The notes below the pieces were generated by a model. That model saw nothing but the letters and a program-made list of their open reading frames with translations. It was not told the origin of the DNA and did not search any database. This document shows, one piece after another, positions 29,280-39,735 of a stretch of 64,000 nt of DNA. How positions within the stretch are numbered: the first letter of the stretch is position 1; each line of letters starts with the position of its first letter. The stretch covers positions 1 to 64,000 of IMG/VR virus record IMGVR_UViG_3300035698_013060; one strand, given 5' to 3'. The position numbers and the translations under genes are program-made.

Positions 29280-30587
29280 TTACACGTTTGATGGGACTAA
29301 CAAGAGCTCAAGTCTCTCATTAAGGAGAACTAAGAGATCTCTAACAGAGGCTAAATCTGTCCTCATCAGAGATATTTTATCAGTCCATTCAGTATCAATG
29401 GCCGTCTGTTCTCCGGCACTCTTAGCAAAGTAGTCTAGAGATGGAAGGTAATACCGAAGGATCTGCGCTCTCCACCACTGCTTTTGAAAGTCCATCTCAA
29501 TGAGACGAACGCTAGCTGTTCCCGATCTGGCTTCTTCAAACCCGATAACAGTTTCTCCAGGATTCCAGCTGACAGATTCCACAGTCAGTATTTCACCCAA
29601 ATCATCTCTGGCTCTTATCTCCTCAAGACTGATATCGAACTCATAGGGGATAATCCATGTGATAGACGTGGCAGCTTGGATATGCCTGTACTTCAACGTC
29701 TCGATCGACCCCCATACAGAGTCATCAAAGAGATACCCGTCAGAGGCATCTAGTAAAACATGTCTGGCGCTCTCTTGGTGCGTCTCGGCTCCAGCCTGGT
29801 CAACGTATCTCTGAGCCGCTTCTTCCAAGAAAGTTCTGACTTCAATGTCCCATACTCCAGGAGAACCGTACGTATAAAGCTCGCTGAGAGAGAAGTCAAC
29901 GAATGGGTCATCTTTCATGATGGATGAAACGCCGAGAGTGTCTACCATGACATGAGGTAAACTAAAACAATAGTCAATGGACTCTTCCTGTAGTAGGTAC
30001 GGAGCATCCAAAAACATGTTGGTGGCTTTTTGGGTAGAGTACTCCGACTGAATAAGAGCGTCTCCCAATGTGGGATTGGTGAGAATCTCAGAGAACTTGT
30101 TGATGAGAGTCGAGTATGACCAGAACTTCGTAGTGTCGGCTTTAGTCTCGTCTATCACCCTCTCCACAATGTACCTATCGTTTCTTTGCATGGAACGAAC
30201 GACGTACTTCTCAAATGCTTCAGGATCTACGGTCCCACTGATCTCAGCTCCGGAGACAAAAGAAAAACGTAAGGCGTCGTACCCGTAGATGGCATCTGTG
30301 CTGACTTTGATCTCAGCCATAATGATGGCTCTGGCGTCAGCCAACTCAGATGATCCGGTAGCTAGTTCCTCAAGTTTGAGGGATACGCTCTCGTCGTCTA
30401 TCACCGTCAAAGAATAAAAGTCACTAATGACTACTCCGCTACCGATATCGACAAGCTTCTCCATCAACTCAGTGAAGACTTCATTCGAGAGAAGGGTAAA
30501 GCGGTTGAAGGCCTCGTACGCCTCTGCGTCTTCGTCTAGACTCAACCCCTTGATGTATTCTACTATCTCAAGTTCTGTGAGTGGCAT
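29280..30587 (-). CDS. Putative virion structural protein
   Basis: 435 aa; YRHIQAATSITWII...VIGFEEARSGTA beta-module seen in phage virion proteins. Confidence 0.7.
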   Translation of the reverse strand: MPLTELEIVEYIKGLSLDEDAEAYEAFNRFTLLSNEVFTELMEKLVDIGSGVVISDFYSLTVIDDESVSLKLEELATGSSELADARAIIMAEIKVSTDAIYGYDALRFSFVSGAEISGTVDPEAFEKYVVRSMQRNDRYIVERVIDETKADTTKFWSYSTLINKFSEILTNPTLGDALIQSEYSTQKATNMFLDAPYLLQEESIDYCFSLPHVMVDTLGVSSIMKDDPFVDFSLSELYTYGSPGVWDIEVRTFLEEAAQRYVDQAGAETHQESARHVLLDASDGYLFDDSVWGSIETLKYRHIQAATSITWIIPYEFDISLEEIRARDDLGEILTVESVSWNPGETVIGFEEARSGTASVRLIEMDFQKQWWRAQILRYYLPSLDYFAKSAGEQTAIDTEWTDKISLMRTDLASVRDLLVLLNERLELLLVPSNV

Positions 30588-30590
30588 CTC

Positions 30591-31259
30591 TTATCTCCTA
30601 CCTTTCGATATCGCCATCCGAAGGATCTTCTTGGCTTTATTGTATGCAACGGTCTTGGCGGCATACATCGACCTGATGGGTGAATTACTGGGGTTAGCAT
30701 CGTGACGGGATTGAGCTTCGTCCATGACTTCTCGGGCTTCTCTAGCTTTTCTCTCCGCCTCAATAACTTCCAAGGACTTACCAGCCTCTTCCTCGCTCAT
30801 ATTGAGGATGATATCGTCAAGGTCTATATCACCTGGATCCTTTCCAGCATCGGTAGCAATAGCTACCTGCATGTTATACCTTGCCTCAGATCTCCCTACT
30901 GGAAGAACGGCGTTAGATGGGACCACCTCTTTATCATCAATCTTTCGCATAGCAGACCCAAGAAGGACGTTCTCCATGTCATTGAGAATCGCACTTCTAG
31001 CAGCACCGGCTGTGGAATTAAGTAAGTCGATGAAGCTGACAGGATCCGCCCCTGAAGAAAACTCTTTCTCGTATTTCGAGAGAGTTGAGTTAAAGTCATC
31101 CATTGATACTGACCCATCGATCAACCTGTTGATCACCTCTACGAACACCGTGTACGGAAGACCTAGTACGCGGTCGTACCTATCAAAGTTGGACGAATCG
31201 ATGCTGAAGCCCTCGATGAAGGCCTCCACAACCGCTCTCGGCTTTAGGTTCTCAGGCAT
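30591..31259 (-). CDS. Hypothetical protein
   Basis: First gene of portal operon; GGAG RBS; AACA-N7-TA promoter variant at 31294-31306. Confidence 0.75.
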   Translation of the reverse strand: MPENLKPRAVVEAFIEGFSIDSSNFDRYDRVLGLPYTVFVEVINRLIDGSVSMDDFNSTLSKYEKEFSSGADPVSFIDLLNSTAGAARSAILNDMENVLLGSAMRKIDDKEVVPSNAVLPVGRSEARYNMQVAIATDAGKDPGDIDLDDIILNMSEEEAGKSLEVIEAERKAREAREVMDEAQSRHDANPSNSPIRSMYAAKTVAYNKAKKILRMAISKGRR

Positions 31260-31383
31260 GGCTTATCTCCGGTAAGCTGTATACACTTTCCACTAATTGT
31301 AATGTTCGGGAAAAAAGTCAGCACCCCCCAGAATGGGGGGTACCGACGGTTCCCGCGCAGGGCTTTTAAACCCTGGCGTCACT

Positions 31384-32127
31384 TTACAGTTGGACGGTCA
31401 TGAAATACTGTTCCCAACGGTACCTCTTCTCTTCACAATCTATTCCCACGAGGACTCTACCGTCTTCCATGTCGATGACATGCACGAGCATCCCAGCCTT
31501 CTTTGAAATTGGCAAAAGGAACTTCCGATCGAGTATGACTTGTATCAGTCCCTTTTCACCAGGTCTTAGCTTCTTATCTACGCTAAGGAAGCGGCCTTTC
31601 TCGATGATGACTACAGGGAAATCCCCTGAAGTTAGTGCTTCTTGGACTCCATCCGGTATCTCGAAGGAATTCACATCTTGATCCCCGACATACATGTCAT
31701 ATGTATTTTTGTGCCTCTTGTGTAGACTCGAGTTACTTATGAAGGTAGTCTTCTTCATCGAGTCAGCAAGAGCTCTATCCGGGAATCCCCTTTTCTCTAG
31801 TTCGTCATCCGGAACTGACCCGCCAAGTATTCGAATCATACGATCATGAACGACAACGTCTTCCACGAACGACTTGTACTGCTTGTATGCTTGGAACAGT
31901 TCACCACCGTTTGCTGCATAGTTCAGTTCGAGCAATGGGTACTTCTTCTGATCTGGTGTCAGCTCAAGCTTGACAATAGAAAACCATGTGGTTCCCACAC
32001 CTGGAGCATGGTAACAGACGTTATTCTCCATAGCGTATTCGGAACCAATATTCTTCAAAACCTGGTTGACGTCCCAGACCCATCCGAATAGTGCCTTACC
32101 ATGACTCTGACCTGCTTTAGGCTTCAT
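31384..32127 (-). CDS. Hypothetical protein
   Basis: 247-aa ORF. Confidence 0.75.
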   Translation of the reverse strand: MKPKAGQSHGKALFGWVWDVNQVLKNIGSEYAMENNVCYHAPGVGTTWFSIVKLELTPDQKKYPLLELNYAANGGELFQAYKQYKSFVEDVVVHDRMIRILGGSVPDDELEKRGFPDRALADSMKKTTFISNSSLHKRHKNTYDMYVGDQDVNSFEIPDGVQEALTSGDFPVVIIEKGRFLSVDKKLRPGEKGLIQVILDRKFLLPISKKAGMLVHVIDMEDGRVLVGIDCEEKRYRWEQYFMTVQL

Positions 32128-32387
32128 GTCAGTTCTCCTATTCTTTCTTCAATCATGTTCCCAAGGACGATGAGTGCTCCTAAAGCGTGAACTCCGCACC
32201 TCATATCACTATGTGCAGAAACACAGTGATCCCACTCATCGATACTGACAGAGACCTTGAGGTATACTCCCATGTCATCTTTTCTACAAGCTGATGCTGA
32301 CACTAGAGCTTTCATATCCCCTTTCGTCACAGTCCCCGTAAAGGAAAAGGACATCTCACTACCAGAGAATTCATAATCATCCTTCAC
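32124..32387 (-). CDS. Hypothetical protein
   Basis: Coupled small ORF. Confidence 0.6.
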   Translation of the reverse strand: MKDDYEFSGSEMSFSFTGTVTKGDMKALVSASACRKDDMGVYLKVSVSIDEWDHCVSAHSDMRCGVHALGALIVLGNMIEERIGELT

Positions 32388-32390
32388 ATG

Positions 32391-32504
32391 TCACCCTCTT
32401 CCAGGGAGGCCGATGGCTCTGAATCCGATTTCGAGACTGGTGTATGAATGAAAGGACAACTTGGCAATATCACCTGACTTACTAAGCTTCGCTTTGTCAG
32501 TCAT
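32391..32504 (-). CDS. Small hypothetical protein (37 aa; not in ORF track)
   Basis: MTDKAKLSKSG...GLPGRG fills the gap between co-oriented genes; GAGG-containing RBS. Confidence 0.45.
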   Translation of the reverse strand: MTDKAKLSKSGDIAKLSFHSYTSLEIGFRAIGLPGRG

Positions 32505-32515
32505 AACTACCTACC

Positions 32516-32968
32516 TCACTTTCCGTAAAGAGCCCATGTTTTCCGAATTTCAAAGATAGCTCCGTAACCATGCTCAGAGTCAGTCGATGAGAACCACAAG
32601 GCATTGTCAGGATCTTTATGTCTGAAGTTGGACACGATCCAACCTTTCTTTCGACTCCCATCAAAGGAACTCTCATCGAATTCTGGGTACAAACCGTCTC
32701 CCATGAGCCACGAATAGATGAATCCTTTAATGGCTTCTCGGTCCATAGCGAATGGCAAACACGTCGGATCTTTTTCCTTTGGAGGATTGCGAGGCTTGTA
32801 CTGCGTGAACAGAAGCATCGTACATCCGTTGTCTCGGATTTGATACCACGTCAAGACCTCTCCGATCTTCTCTCCACACATTACCATGTCAATGGATTGA
32901 TCCAAGAGATTCCGACCTTCTCTATCGGAAAGACCAGTCACCATGATATGCTGATTGTCGAACTTCAT
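32516..32968 (-). CDS. Hypothetical protein
   Basis: DGSRKKGW...WALYGK C-terminal pattern common in uncharacterised phage proteins. Confidence 0.75.
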   Translation of the reverse strand: MKFDNQHIMVTGLSDREGRNLLDQSIDMVMCGEKIGEVLTWYQIRDNGCTMLLFTQYKPRNPPKEKDPTCLPFAMDREAIKGFIYSWLMGDGLYPEFDESSFDGSRKKGWIVSNFRHKDPDNALWFSSTDSEHGYGAIFEIRKTWALYGK

Positions 32969-32969
32969 T

Positions 32970-33341
32970 CTATTCTTCTATCTTGTTTTTCAACATCTCC
33001 TGTAACTGTTCCGTCTCCCGAACCTTCGGAGCTAACTTCATCGCCACTTTAGCAGCGTTAGCATCGAAGTCGCCCGATAGGAGAGTAGTCAAGTTTATCA
33101 ATATAAGTTTCTCCAGCATAGCTGCGAGACGACCATTAGTCTTGATCGCCGTTCGTAGCTTCTTGAGAGCATTGCAGTGGTCCTTCTCAACAAGATCCCA
33201 CTGATCATCGACTTGAATGCATCCGAGTTTGGTCCGAGTGCATACATCCAAGTCTCGTGTGAGTTCTCTGACGATCTGCTCTTTGTTTCTGAGCATCGAC
33301 ATGAAGAGATTGTATGCTTGTTCGCTGCTCATCTTTGGCAT
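32970..33341 (-). CDS. Hypothetical protein
   Basis: Coupled ORF. Confidence 0.7.
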   Translation of the reverse strand: MPKMSSEQAYNLFMSMLRNKEQIVRELTRDLDVCTRTKLGCIQVDDQWDLVEKDHCNALKKLRTAIKTNGRLAAMLEKLILINLTTLLSGDFDANAAKVAMKLAPKVRETEQLQEMLKNKIEE

Positions 33342-34333
33342 CAGTGTTTAACCTTTTGGATTTTACACATATGGATTCCGTGGTCACAATCCTCACACTC
33401 AAAGGATTTCCGGCTAGCGATGCAGTCATGACAGACTTTGATCTCACACTTAGTGCAGACTAGTTCAGCAGACTTCATTTCCTTGCATTTTTCGCAACGA
33501 AAATGAGTCTTCTCAGGAACTTTCAGACCACGATGCTTGACTGCTGATGGCCATTCATCTGGGAAGTACCAGATATCATTACTTGGTACATCGCACGAGT
33601 AAATGGGGATTGCACCTCCAGCCTCTTTGACGAACCTGTCTGTTTCCGGGTCGTCGTAGCATCCGCAGACGTAGACTTTCACGATTCCCGCAGCTGCCAA
33701 GGCTTTGTAACAAGGGATACATGGAGTGTACGTCATATACGCGATCGCACCATCAGTACTCACACCCCTCTTAGCGGCCTGTCCGATAGCGTTGATCTCG
33801 GCATGTATGGTTCGAACACACCCTTTAGTACCGTCTTCCTCGTTCATAACGAGATGACCGACCTCGTTACAGTGTGGTGTTCCAGGCATGGAACCGTTAT
33901 ACCCTGTCGCCAGTACGAAGTTGTTCTTCACTAAGACACATCCTACGTGAATCTTATCGCACGTAGACCTCTCACTAGCGAGCATTGCCTGTTTGAGGAA
34001 GTACTGTCCCCATGAGGGACGGTCTACATGCTTTTCAGCTGCGAGAGCATCGACTTCTGGACCCATTTTTTGAGCCACACCCAGAATCTCAGCCACAGCA
34101 GTATCTATATTCGAGACACTGACACTCCCTCCGAAGCAGTCGATTCTTGATTCGTCACAAATCCTGGCCTTGACCCATGTATTCTCCGAGTGCATGGGGT
34201 TGATCAATTCCATCATCTTTTCCCCGTGGATATTCCTGACCTCAGGATACCACGAAAGTACCCCAATCGCCACCTCCTTGATGGTTTTAAGGTCCAACCC
34301 GCTTGTGATCTCCAGTCCGTAAAGTTTCGCCAT
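33341..34333 (-). CDS. dCMP deaminase with N-terminal extension and C-terminal Cys-rich domain
   Basis: RPSW..YF, RSTC, VGCVLV, TGYNG, IHAEINAI, TPCIPC; tail with four CxxC. Confidence 0.92.
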   Translation of the reverse strand: MAKLYGLEITSGLDLKTIKEVAIGVLSWYPEVRNIHGEKMMELINPMHSENTWVKARICDESRIDCFGGSVSVSNIDTAVAEILGVAQKMGPEVDALAAEKHVDRPSWGQYFLKQAMLASERSTCDKIHVGCVLVKNNFVLATGYNGSMPGTPHCNEVGHLVMNEEDGTKGCVRTIHAEINAIGQAAKRGVSTDGAIAYMTYTPCIPCYKALAAAGIVKVYVCGCYDDPETDRFVKEAGGAIPIYSCDVPSNDIWYFPDEWPSAVKHRGLKVPEKTHFRCEKCKEMKSAELVCTKCEIKVCHDCIASRKSFECEDCDHGIHMCKIQKVKH

Positions 34334-34336
34334 TCT

Positions 34337-35962
34337 TCAAGTCTCCAGTATTTTCAACAGTTCATCCTTGGCCGGGAGTCCTAGCCATCGGTGTCCTAGC
34401 TTCAGCATATCTCCTCTAAGGAGATCAGCTGTCAACTTGTATCCTAGTTCGTCACCAGGGTCATTGTCGCTTTTAAACATCAATCTACCAATCTGGTTAG
34501 ACGGGTCTATCATACACGACAGAATGATAGATGGATACAGAGAAGACAAGTCCAAATCACAGACATTCTCGAAGATCGAGTTCAGTAGGTGACCCATGAC
34601 CCTCACCCCGAGGGACGCATTATTTTCAGGGCTCATCACCCACGCTCCTCTGAATTTTCCTCCATGCTTTCTCCCGACGTTTCTGTTGTTACTCATTATG
34701 AGTCCCTGATCAAACATGTGTTTCAGGGCCAGGTTTCTCAAGGACACCGTCTTCCTCCATGCCTTATGCACTCTGGTACGAGTGATCATGGCGATCTGAT
34801 AGATGAGGTCGATGTCTTTGGTCTTCTGTTCGATCTTGTGCAACAGAATCGAGTCGTTCATGTTGTAGAAGACGTATTTCTTGTAATCCGTCCTCGAGAA
34901 TTCTCTCATTGAGCAATCCATGGGATCTTTACCACTGCCGACCTTTTCTTCTTCTGCAATGTCGTCAAGACCGTAACCGTCCTTCTTACCAAGAGTAGCT
35001 CTCAAGTTTGCATACGTAATGAGCTGGTCGATGTAATTCGTCCATCCTGCTACGACAGCATAGTCACCCTTCGTGCTCCAATCCTGGTTCCGTGTATCCT
35101 CATAGTAGTAGGCCTTCTTAAAGGGGAAGTCCTTAGGACACATGATCTCCGAAGGTTCACACCTAAAGAGTTTCTTGATTCTCCCTTCCATATAGCAAAA
35201 ATCATAGCCCTGGTTCCATGCTCCGAGGAAGTCCGGACGAAGCTCTTCGTTAACGGTTCTGAAGAATGACAAGATCAGCTTCCGCTCATCTTCGAAGAAT
35301 GTAATGCGACACTCGTCTAGATCGAAGCGATCAATCGCTTCATCAGCGTTTGCCTCTAGATTCTTCTCAAACTCTTCTACCAGAGGATTATCCTCATTCC
35401 GGAGTAGAAAGACATACAGCGTGTTCAACTTTCCACTGTACAACGAGATAGCGTCAATCGGACATGGAGCGTTCTCTCTGTCAAAAGGATTACCATCCCA
35501 ACTGTCAACCTCAATGTCCCAGTGGGCTTTGTGTAGATTTGGAGCTATATTGATCTCCCCTTGATATCTGTCAATCCACCGGCCGATATAATGATCTTCT
35601 ACGTGGATATCAGTACCATGAAAGAATGGCAGCTTCCGCATGTACTCTTTCATATTCCAGCTCGTCCGGTCACGAATACTACGCTCCCACTCCGTCTCTA
35701 GTCCTGCCAACTCAGCCATGGTCCGACCGACGTCTCCATACGGAACTTTCTCTATTGGTACGACCTCGTCGATGGGGACGAACGTCGCTCCTCTATCTCT
35801 TTCGATATCGTCCATATCCACAAAGAAACTTAAGGTTGGTTTCTTGTCGACATGAAGCTTCTTTTCACCGTCAATACATTCGGTAAGTAGGAGCTTACCA
35901 GTGGAGTTGGAACCACGGCGACTGTTAACGTAAGTTACTGTTGAAAGGTATCTCTCCGGCAT
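34337..35962 (-). CDS. Split family-B DNA polymerase, N-terminal part (3'-5' exonuclease + motif A)
   Basis: ExoI WDIEVD, ExoII AWNQGYDF, ExoIII YNMNDS, FRGAWV, motif A DLSSLYPSII. Confidence 0.92.
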   Translation of the reverse strand: MPERYLSTVTYVNSRRGSNSTGKLLLTECIDGEKKLHVDKKPTLSFFVDMDDIERDRGATFVPIDEVVPIEKVPYGDVGRTMAELAGLETEWERSIRDRTSWNMKEYMRKLPFFHGTDIHVEDHYIGRWIDRYQGEINIAPNLHKAHWDIEVDSWDGNPFDRENAPCPIDAISLYSGKLNTLYVFLLRNEDNPLVEEFEKNLEANADEAIDRFDLDECRITFFEDERKLILSFFRTVNEELRPDFLGAWNQGYDFCYMEGRIKKLFRCEPSEIMCPKDFPFKKAYYYEDTRNQDWSTKGDYAVVAGWTNYIDQLITYANLRATLGKKDGYGLDDIAEEEKVGSGKDPMDCSMREFSRTDYKKYVFYNMNDSILLHKIEQKTKDIDLIYQIAMITRTRVHKAWRKTVSLRNLALKHMFDQGLIMSNNRNVGRKHGGKFRGAWVMSPENNASLGVRVMGHLLNSIFENVCDLDLSSLYPSIILSCMIDPSNQIGRLMFKSDNDPGDELGYKLTADLLRGDMLKLGHRWLGLPAKDELLKILET

Positions 35963-36111
35963 AATTATCCTCCTTGATTGTTTTTCTTAAGTAATCCCAT
36001 GTTTTCATAAGGGCTTTTAACCTATAGGCGACACCGGATCAGTTGGTTAGTCTTCGAACAGTCTATTGAGTAAGACCGTTAATATACGTTTGAACAGAAG
36101 GGGAGTCCGAC

Positions 36112-36810
36112 ATGTCTGATCAAGAAAAAGACGCTATCTCGCTGGGCAAGTACGTCGACCACTTTACCGCCGAGATGGAGCTCATCATCGCTGAGCTCGA
36201 AAAGCTCCAGAGAGATGCCGACGACATATCCTCTGAGATAACGGAGAAGAAGGCTGCTGCTAAGAAAAATCGCGCTCGGCATAATTCGGGACCGAGTCCG
36301 CTGACATACATGTACAATATGTACGCCAATCTAAACAACGTCAGAGGTAACCGAATTTCATTGATGACGCTTCTTGTGAATATCAAGAGACTGATAGCTG
36401 ACCTGAGCATTAAGGATGTAAAGGTGGAACAGGATGTCTCTAAATTCGCTGGTCTTGCTGCCGAACTCTATGCACGCATATCTCAGGACAGAGACCCCTC
36501 CACAGAACCTGCCACAGATAAAGCAGCTGTGTTAGTAGCTGATGCAATCGAAGGGCTCGATGAAGCTGGAGAAACCGCATACCAAGACTTGACCGAAGAT
36601 GTCGTCGAAATGGAAGGTCAATACGTCTGTACGGATGAAGGCGTCATCCTCAGAGTCGATGATGACTATGAGCTCTTGGAAGAAGTTTCAGGGGCAGACA
36701 TGAATGACTTTAGGATAGCTTTGAATAGAGACAAGTCAGTTCGAAAGGCTACCTGGATTAGCGGAGATCAAGAACTTGAGATCGTTGAGATTGGTGATGA
36801 GGAGGAGTAG
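36112..36810 (+). CDS. Hypothetical protein
   Basis: GGGAG RBS; late promoter at 36057-36068. Confidence 0.8.
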   Translation: MSDQEKDAISLGKYVDHFTAEMELIIAELEKLQRDADDISSEITEKKAAAKKNRARHNSGPSPLTYMYNMYANLNNVRGNRISLMTLLVNIKRLIADLSIKDVKVEQDVSKFAGLAAELYARISQDRDPSTEPATDKAAVLVADAIEGLDEAGETAYQDLTEDVVEMEGQYVCTDEGVILRVDDDYELLEEVSGADMNDFRIALNRDKSVRKATWISGDQELEIVEIGDEEE

Positions 36811-36816
36811 AACATC

Positions 36817-37044
36817 ATGTTGAATCTAGACGAATACGCAAAAGAGTTTGAGATTACTCCCATGCTCTCGGATGTGGATGAGAGAGAACTCGTTACCTTA
36901 CTTCATGCTGCCAAGACAAAACTTTATCTTATGAGAAGAGACATGTTGAGCAACGATGCTCTTAAGTTAGTTCAACATGAACTTGAAGTACTCTCCGGAT
37001 ACTACACTGAAGAGTACAAGAACGATGAAGATGGAGGAGCATAG
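36817..37044 (+). CDS. Hypothetical protein
   Basis: GGAGGAG RBS. Confidence 0.7.
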   Translation: MLNLDEYAKEFEITPMLSDVDERELVTLLHAAKTKLYLMRRDMLSNDALKLVQHELEVLSGYYTEEYKNDEDGGA

Positions 37045-37048
37045 AAAG

Positions 37049-37639
37049 ATGTTATTTTACGAGCAAGTAGATATAGATTCAAAGAGACAAGGACGGTCTG
37101 CCTACGAAGAAGTCGATGATCTCCTAGACGATTGGAGAGATATGACTCGAGAGGCTAACTCGTATTGCGGAAGCAAAGTTTTGAAGATAATCGACCCTAG
37201 CGGTAAATACAAAGGGCCGTTCAATGGAACTGAGTCTGATCGACTGAAAGCTGTAGAACTTGTAACGTCAACTCTTTCCAAGGTGAAGAAGGTCGTTCCG
37301 AAGATGAAGAAGGCTCTTCGTCCAATGATTCAGAAGTTGGAAAAGGGTATCGAGTCAGGAGAGTTTCCAGACGAACGAGAATTTCTGATCTTTAAGTCCA
37401 AAGGGGAAGAGCAACGAATTCGAGCTGATCAACTTCTGGCTAGAATGAAGGCCTTTATGAAGGTTTCCGACTCAGAAATCTCGTTGGTTCTTTCCGATGT
37501 GACAATTATGTGGCAACAATTTGGAGATCTTAAAGCTAAAACAGAAGGTCTTCCTAAGAAAGCATCTGAAAAGAATAGTTTAACAGTCATGAATCTTTTC
37601 GGTTCTCAATCCTTGAGTAGTCAACATTTCCGGAATTAA
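37049..37639 (+). CDS. MLFY-family putative head protein
   Basis: Start moved to MLFYEQ (GGAGGAG RBS upstream; avoids overlap with the previous gene). Confidence 0.7.
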   Translation: MLFYEQVDIDSKRQGRSAYEEVDDLLDDWRDMTREANSYCGSKVLKIIDPSGKYKGPFNGTESDRLKAVELVTSTLSKVKKVVPKMKKALRPMIQKLEKGIESGEFPDEREFLIFKSKGEEQRIRADQLLARMKAFMKVSDSEISLVLSDVTIMWQQFGDLKAKTEGLPKKASEKNSLTVMNLFGSQSLSSQHFRN

Positions 37640-37645
37640 GCAATC

Positions 37646-37796
37646 ATGCTGTTTTATGAGAAAGCAGAGGTCATTGGATTCCACTCCATGACATGGCCTC
37701 AAAGTTCGGATGCAAGGAAGTAAGAAGAATGCCTGGGCTCTTTTGGGGACGAAGTTCACGAAACTCACCTTGAAGCAGGTCAAAAACAGCTTCTAA
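37646..37796 (+). pseudogene. Remnant of an MLFY-family gene
   Basis: MLFYEKAEVIGFHS... stops at 37723; another frame continues HGLKVRMQG...KNSF to 37796. Confidence 0.4.
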
Positions 37797-37816
37797 TATT
37801 CATAGGAGATTGAGAG

Positions 37817-38989
37817 ATGCCATTCGCAGGAGTTACAGACGCCATGGAGCGTCACCCAAATCTAAGCAAGTACTCTCCTAAAGCCCGCAAAGCGTGGTTC
37901 AAGGTGTGGAATGAGTGTGAGATCAGAGAGCTCAAGAAAGAAGGCAACTCTGATAAGAACCGGAAGAATTGGGAGGGGAAGTGCTTCGCCACAGCCTACA
38001 AGGTTGCCAACCGAGTTGATGGAAAGAAGTCCATCGATGAGGGGACCATCTTCAAAGGAACGATCCAAGAAGCCATTATGGCTAACGTGATCTCGAAGTC
38101 GGTTCTCGACGAGGCTATGGGTAATGTCACTTCTGATGACTCTTCACTCGCTGTTCATAGACTCAAAAATTTTCATGAAGATTTAGCTTTCCTGAAAGAC
38201 GAGCTTGAGAGGGGTAGATCCATCTATGTGGCTCGCGATGGAGTGGATCAGGGTAAGTTCAAGATCGGTGACCTCGTCGGGGTACCGTTCTGGCACAGAG
38301 CCCTAGAGGTCACTTCTGTAGAAGAACATGCGAGTGAAGAAGAGCTCCTACCTGACGCTGGCGAAGGTCCAGAAGGTCATACATCGGACGAGAAAGGTAA
38401 TACGGTGGACATGTTCGATGTTCTGGAGCTCTCTGACATGCATCAAGTAAGAGAAAACCGCTCTCTTATGTTCCTCAAGGAAGTTGACGTCGAGGGAGCC
38501 TTAAAGGGTATCGCTAAGAAAGTCGGCTTTGGTGTCGAGGAGCACAAGGAAGGACAGAATCCTGAGAAGTTCATTGCTGAACAGAGCGCCTTCTTGAAGG
38601 AGATCAAACATCTCCTTTCCCTTGGAGAAAAAGCCAAGGACATGTCTGATCCTGAAGATGAGGTCGTCCTGAAATGGCAGGGATTGATCTACGACGTCGT
38701 CAAGACCCAGGACAGCGACCGGGAAGAAGACAAAGAGATCGCTGGCAAACGTCTCAACTTCATGAAGAGCAAAGATGCCAAGTACGTTGGCAGAGGTATT
38801 GGAAGATTCGACGGGTGGTTGATCTTTGTCAGTTCGAATGGACGAGTGTTTTCTCCTGACAGAAAAGGTATCAGAGTTCTGTGGGATCTGAAGAAGGCGA
38901 AGAACACTATCTTCTGGGTAGAGAAGAATATTCAGGAAGCCAGAGACGCTTTGAAAAAAGGGAAGAAAGAAGAAGGGTCGAAAGAGTAA
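37817..38989 (+). CDS. Protein with N-terminal ChaB-like domain, probable head protein
   Basis: LSKYSPKARKAWFKVWN...CFATAYKVA resembles ChaB; several IxE/LxE sites follow. Confidence 0.65.
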   Translation: MPFAGVTDAMERHPNLSKYSPKARKAWFKVWNECEIRELKKEGNSDKNRKNWEGKCFATAYKVANRVDGKKSIDEGTIFKGTIQEAIMANVISKSVLDEAMGNVTSDDSSLAVHRLKNFHEDLAFLKDELERGRSIYVARDGVDQGKFKIGDLVGVPFWHRALEVTSVEEHASEEELLPDAGEGPEGHTSDEKGNTVDMFDVLELSDMHQVRENRSLMFLKEVDVEGALKGIAKKVGFGVEEHKEGQNPEKFIAEQSAFLKEIKHLLSLGEKAKDMSDPEDEVVLKWQGLIYDVVKTQDSDREEDKEIAGKRLNFMKSKDAKYVGRGIGRFDGWLIFVSSNGRVFSPDRKGIRVLWDLKKAKNTIFWVEKNIQEARDALKKGKKEEGSKE

Positions 38990-39117
38990 CAGCCTTTTCG
39001 AACGGATATTAGGCTGTTGTCTCCGATTCCTACTCTTTTGGAGGATTCTGAGATGAGGACGGACGTAAAGTCGGTAATCGAAGAATATTGGAAAAAGAGC
39101 GAATTCAAGCTCAAAGT

Positions 39118-39194
39118 ACCCTGGTAGCTCAGCTGGATAGAGCAACGGCCTTCTAAGCCGTAGGTCCCGCGTTCGAGTCGCGGCCGGGGTGCCA
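39118..39194 (+). tRNA. tRNA-Arg(TCT)
   Basis: Full cloverleaf: ACCCTGG/CCGGGGT, anticodon loop CTTCTAA, TTCGAGT T-loop, encoded CCA. Confidence 0.97.
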
Positions 39195-39216
39195 GTAGTC
39201 TAAAAGGAAGTCACAT

Positions 39217-39735
39217 ATGCTGGACCTCGAATTGTTAGCCAGATGGTTTTGGCTACTTCCACTGTCTATACTTCTAGCAATATCGTATGTATCATACATG
39301 CTTAAGAAATGTGAAAAGTGTGAACACGTCGTAACTCTAACTCTAGCTCGAGAGGCCTTTAAAAGGTCCAGGGAGTTTGTCCTCGTGTTCTCTTCAGAAG
39401 GGAGGATTCTCTTTGTCAACAAAGTGTTTCCTCACATGAGTAAGCTTATCGGTATCACGAGTATTAATGGGACATTAGTAGATGAGTGGTTAGCGAGCTC
39501 TTGCATTAAACGACATAACACGATGATATCTGAAGTGTTGAAGGATGGACAAGAGAGGGCGATGTTGATCGAGATGAAGTTCGGTAACTTTCTGATTACT
39601 AGAATATCTAAGTTCTCCTTAGGGAAAGATCGAGAGCTTGTCATCGCCATTGCGCATGACGTGACTGATGAGTTCAAAGATCTAGAGGAACAAGAGAGGG
39701 AGACGATCATGAAAAATGGATGGAGGCTCCCATGA
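39217..39735 (+). CDS. Membrane-anchored PAS-domain protein
   Basis: N-terminal TM; VLVFSSEGRILFVN ... VIAIAHDVTD PAS/PAC motifs; no output domain. Confidence 0.7.
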   Translation: MLDLELLARWFWLLPLSILLAISYVSYMLKKCEKCEHVVTLTLAREAFKRSREFVLVFSSEGRILFVNKVFPHMSKLIGITSINGTLVDEWLASSCIKRHNTMISEVLKDGQERAMLIEMKFGNFLITRISKFSLGKDRELVIAIAHDVTDEFKDLEEQERETIMKNGWRLP

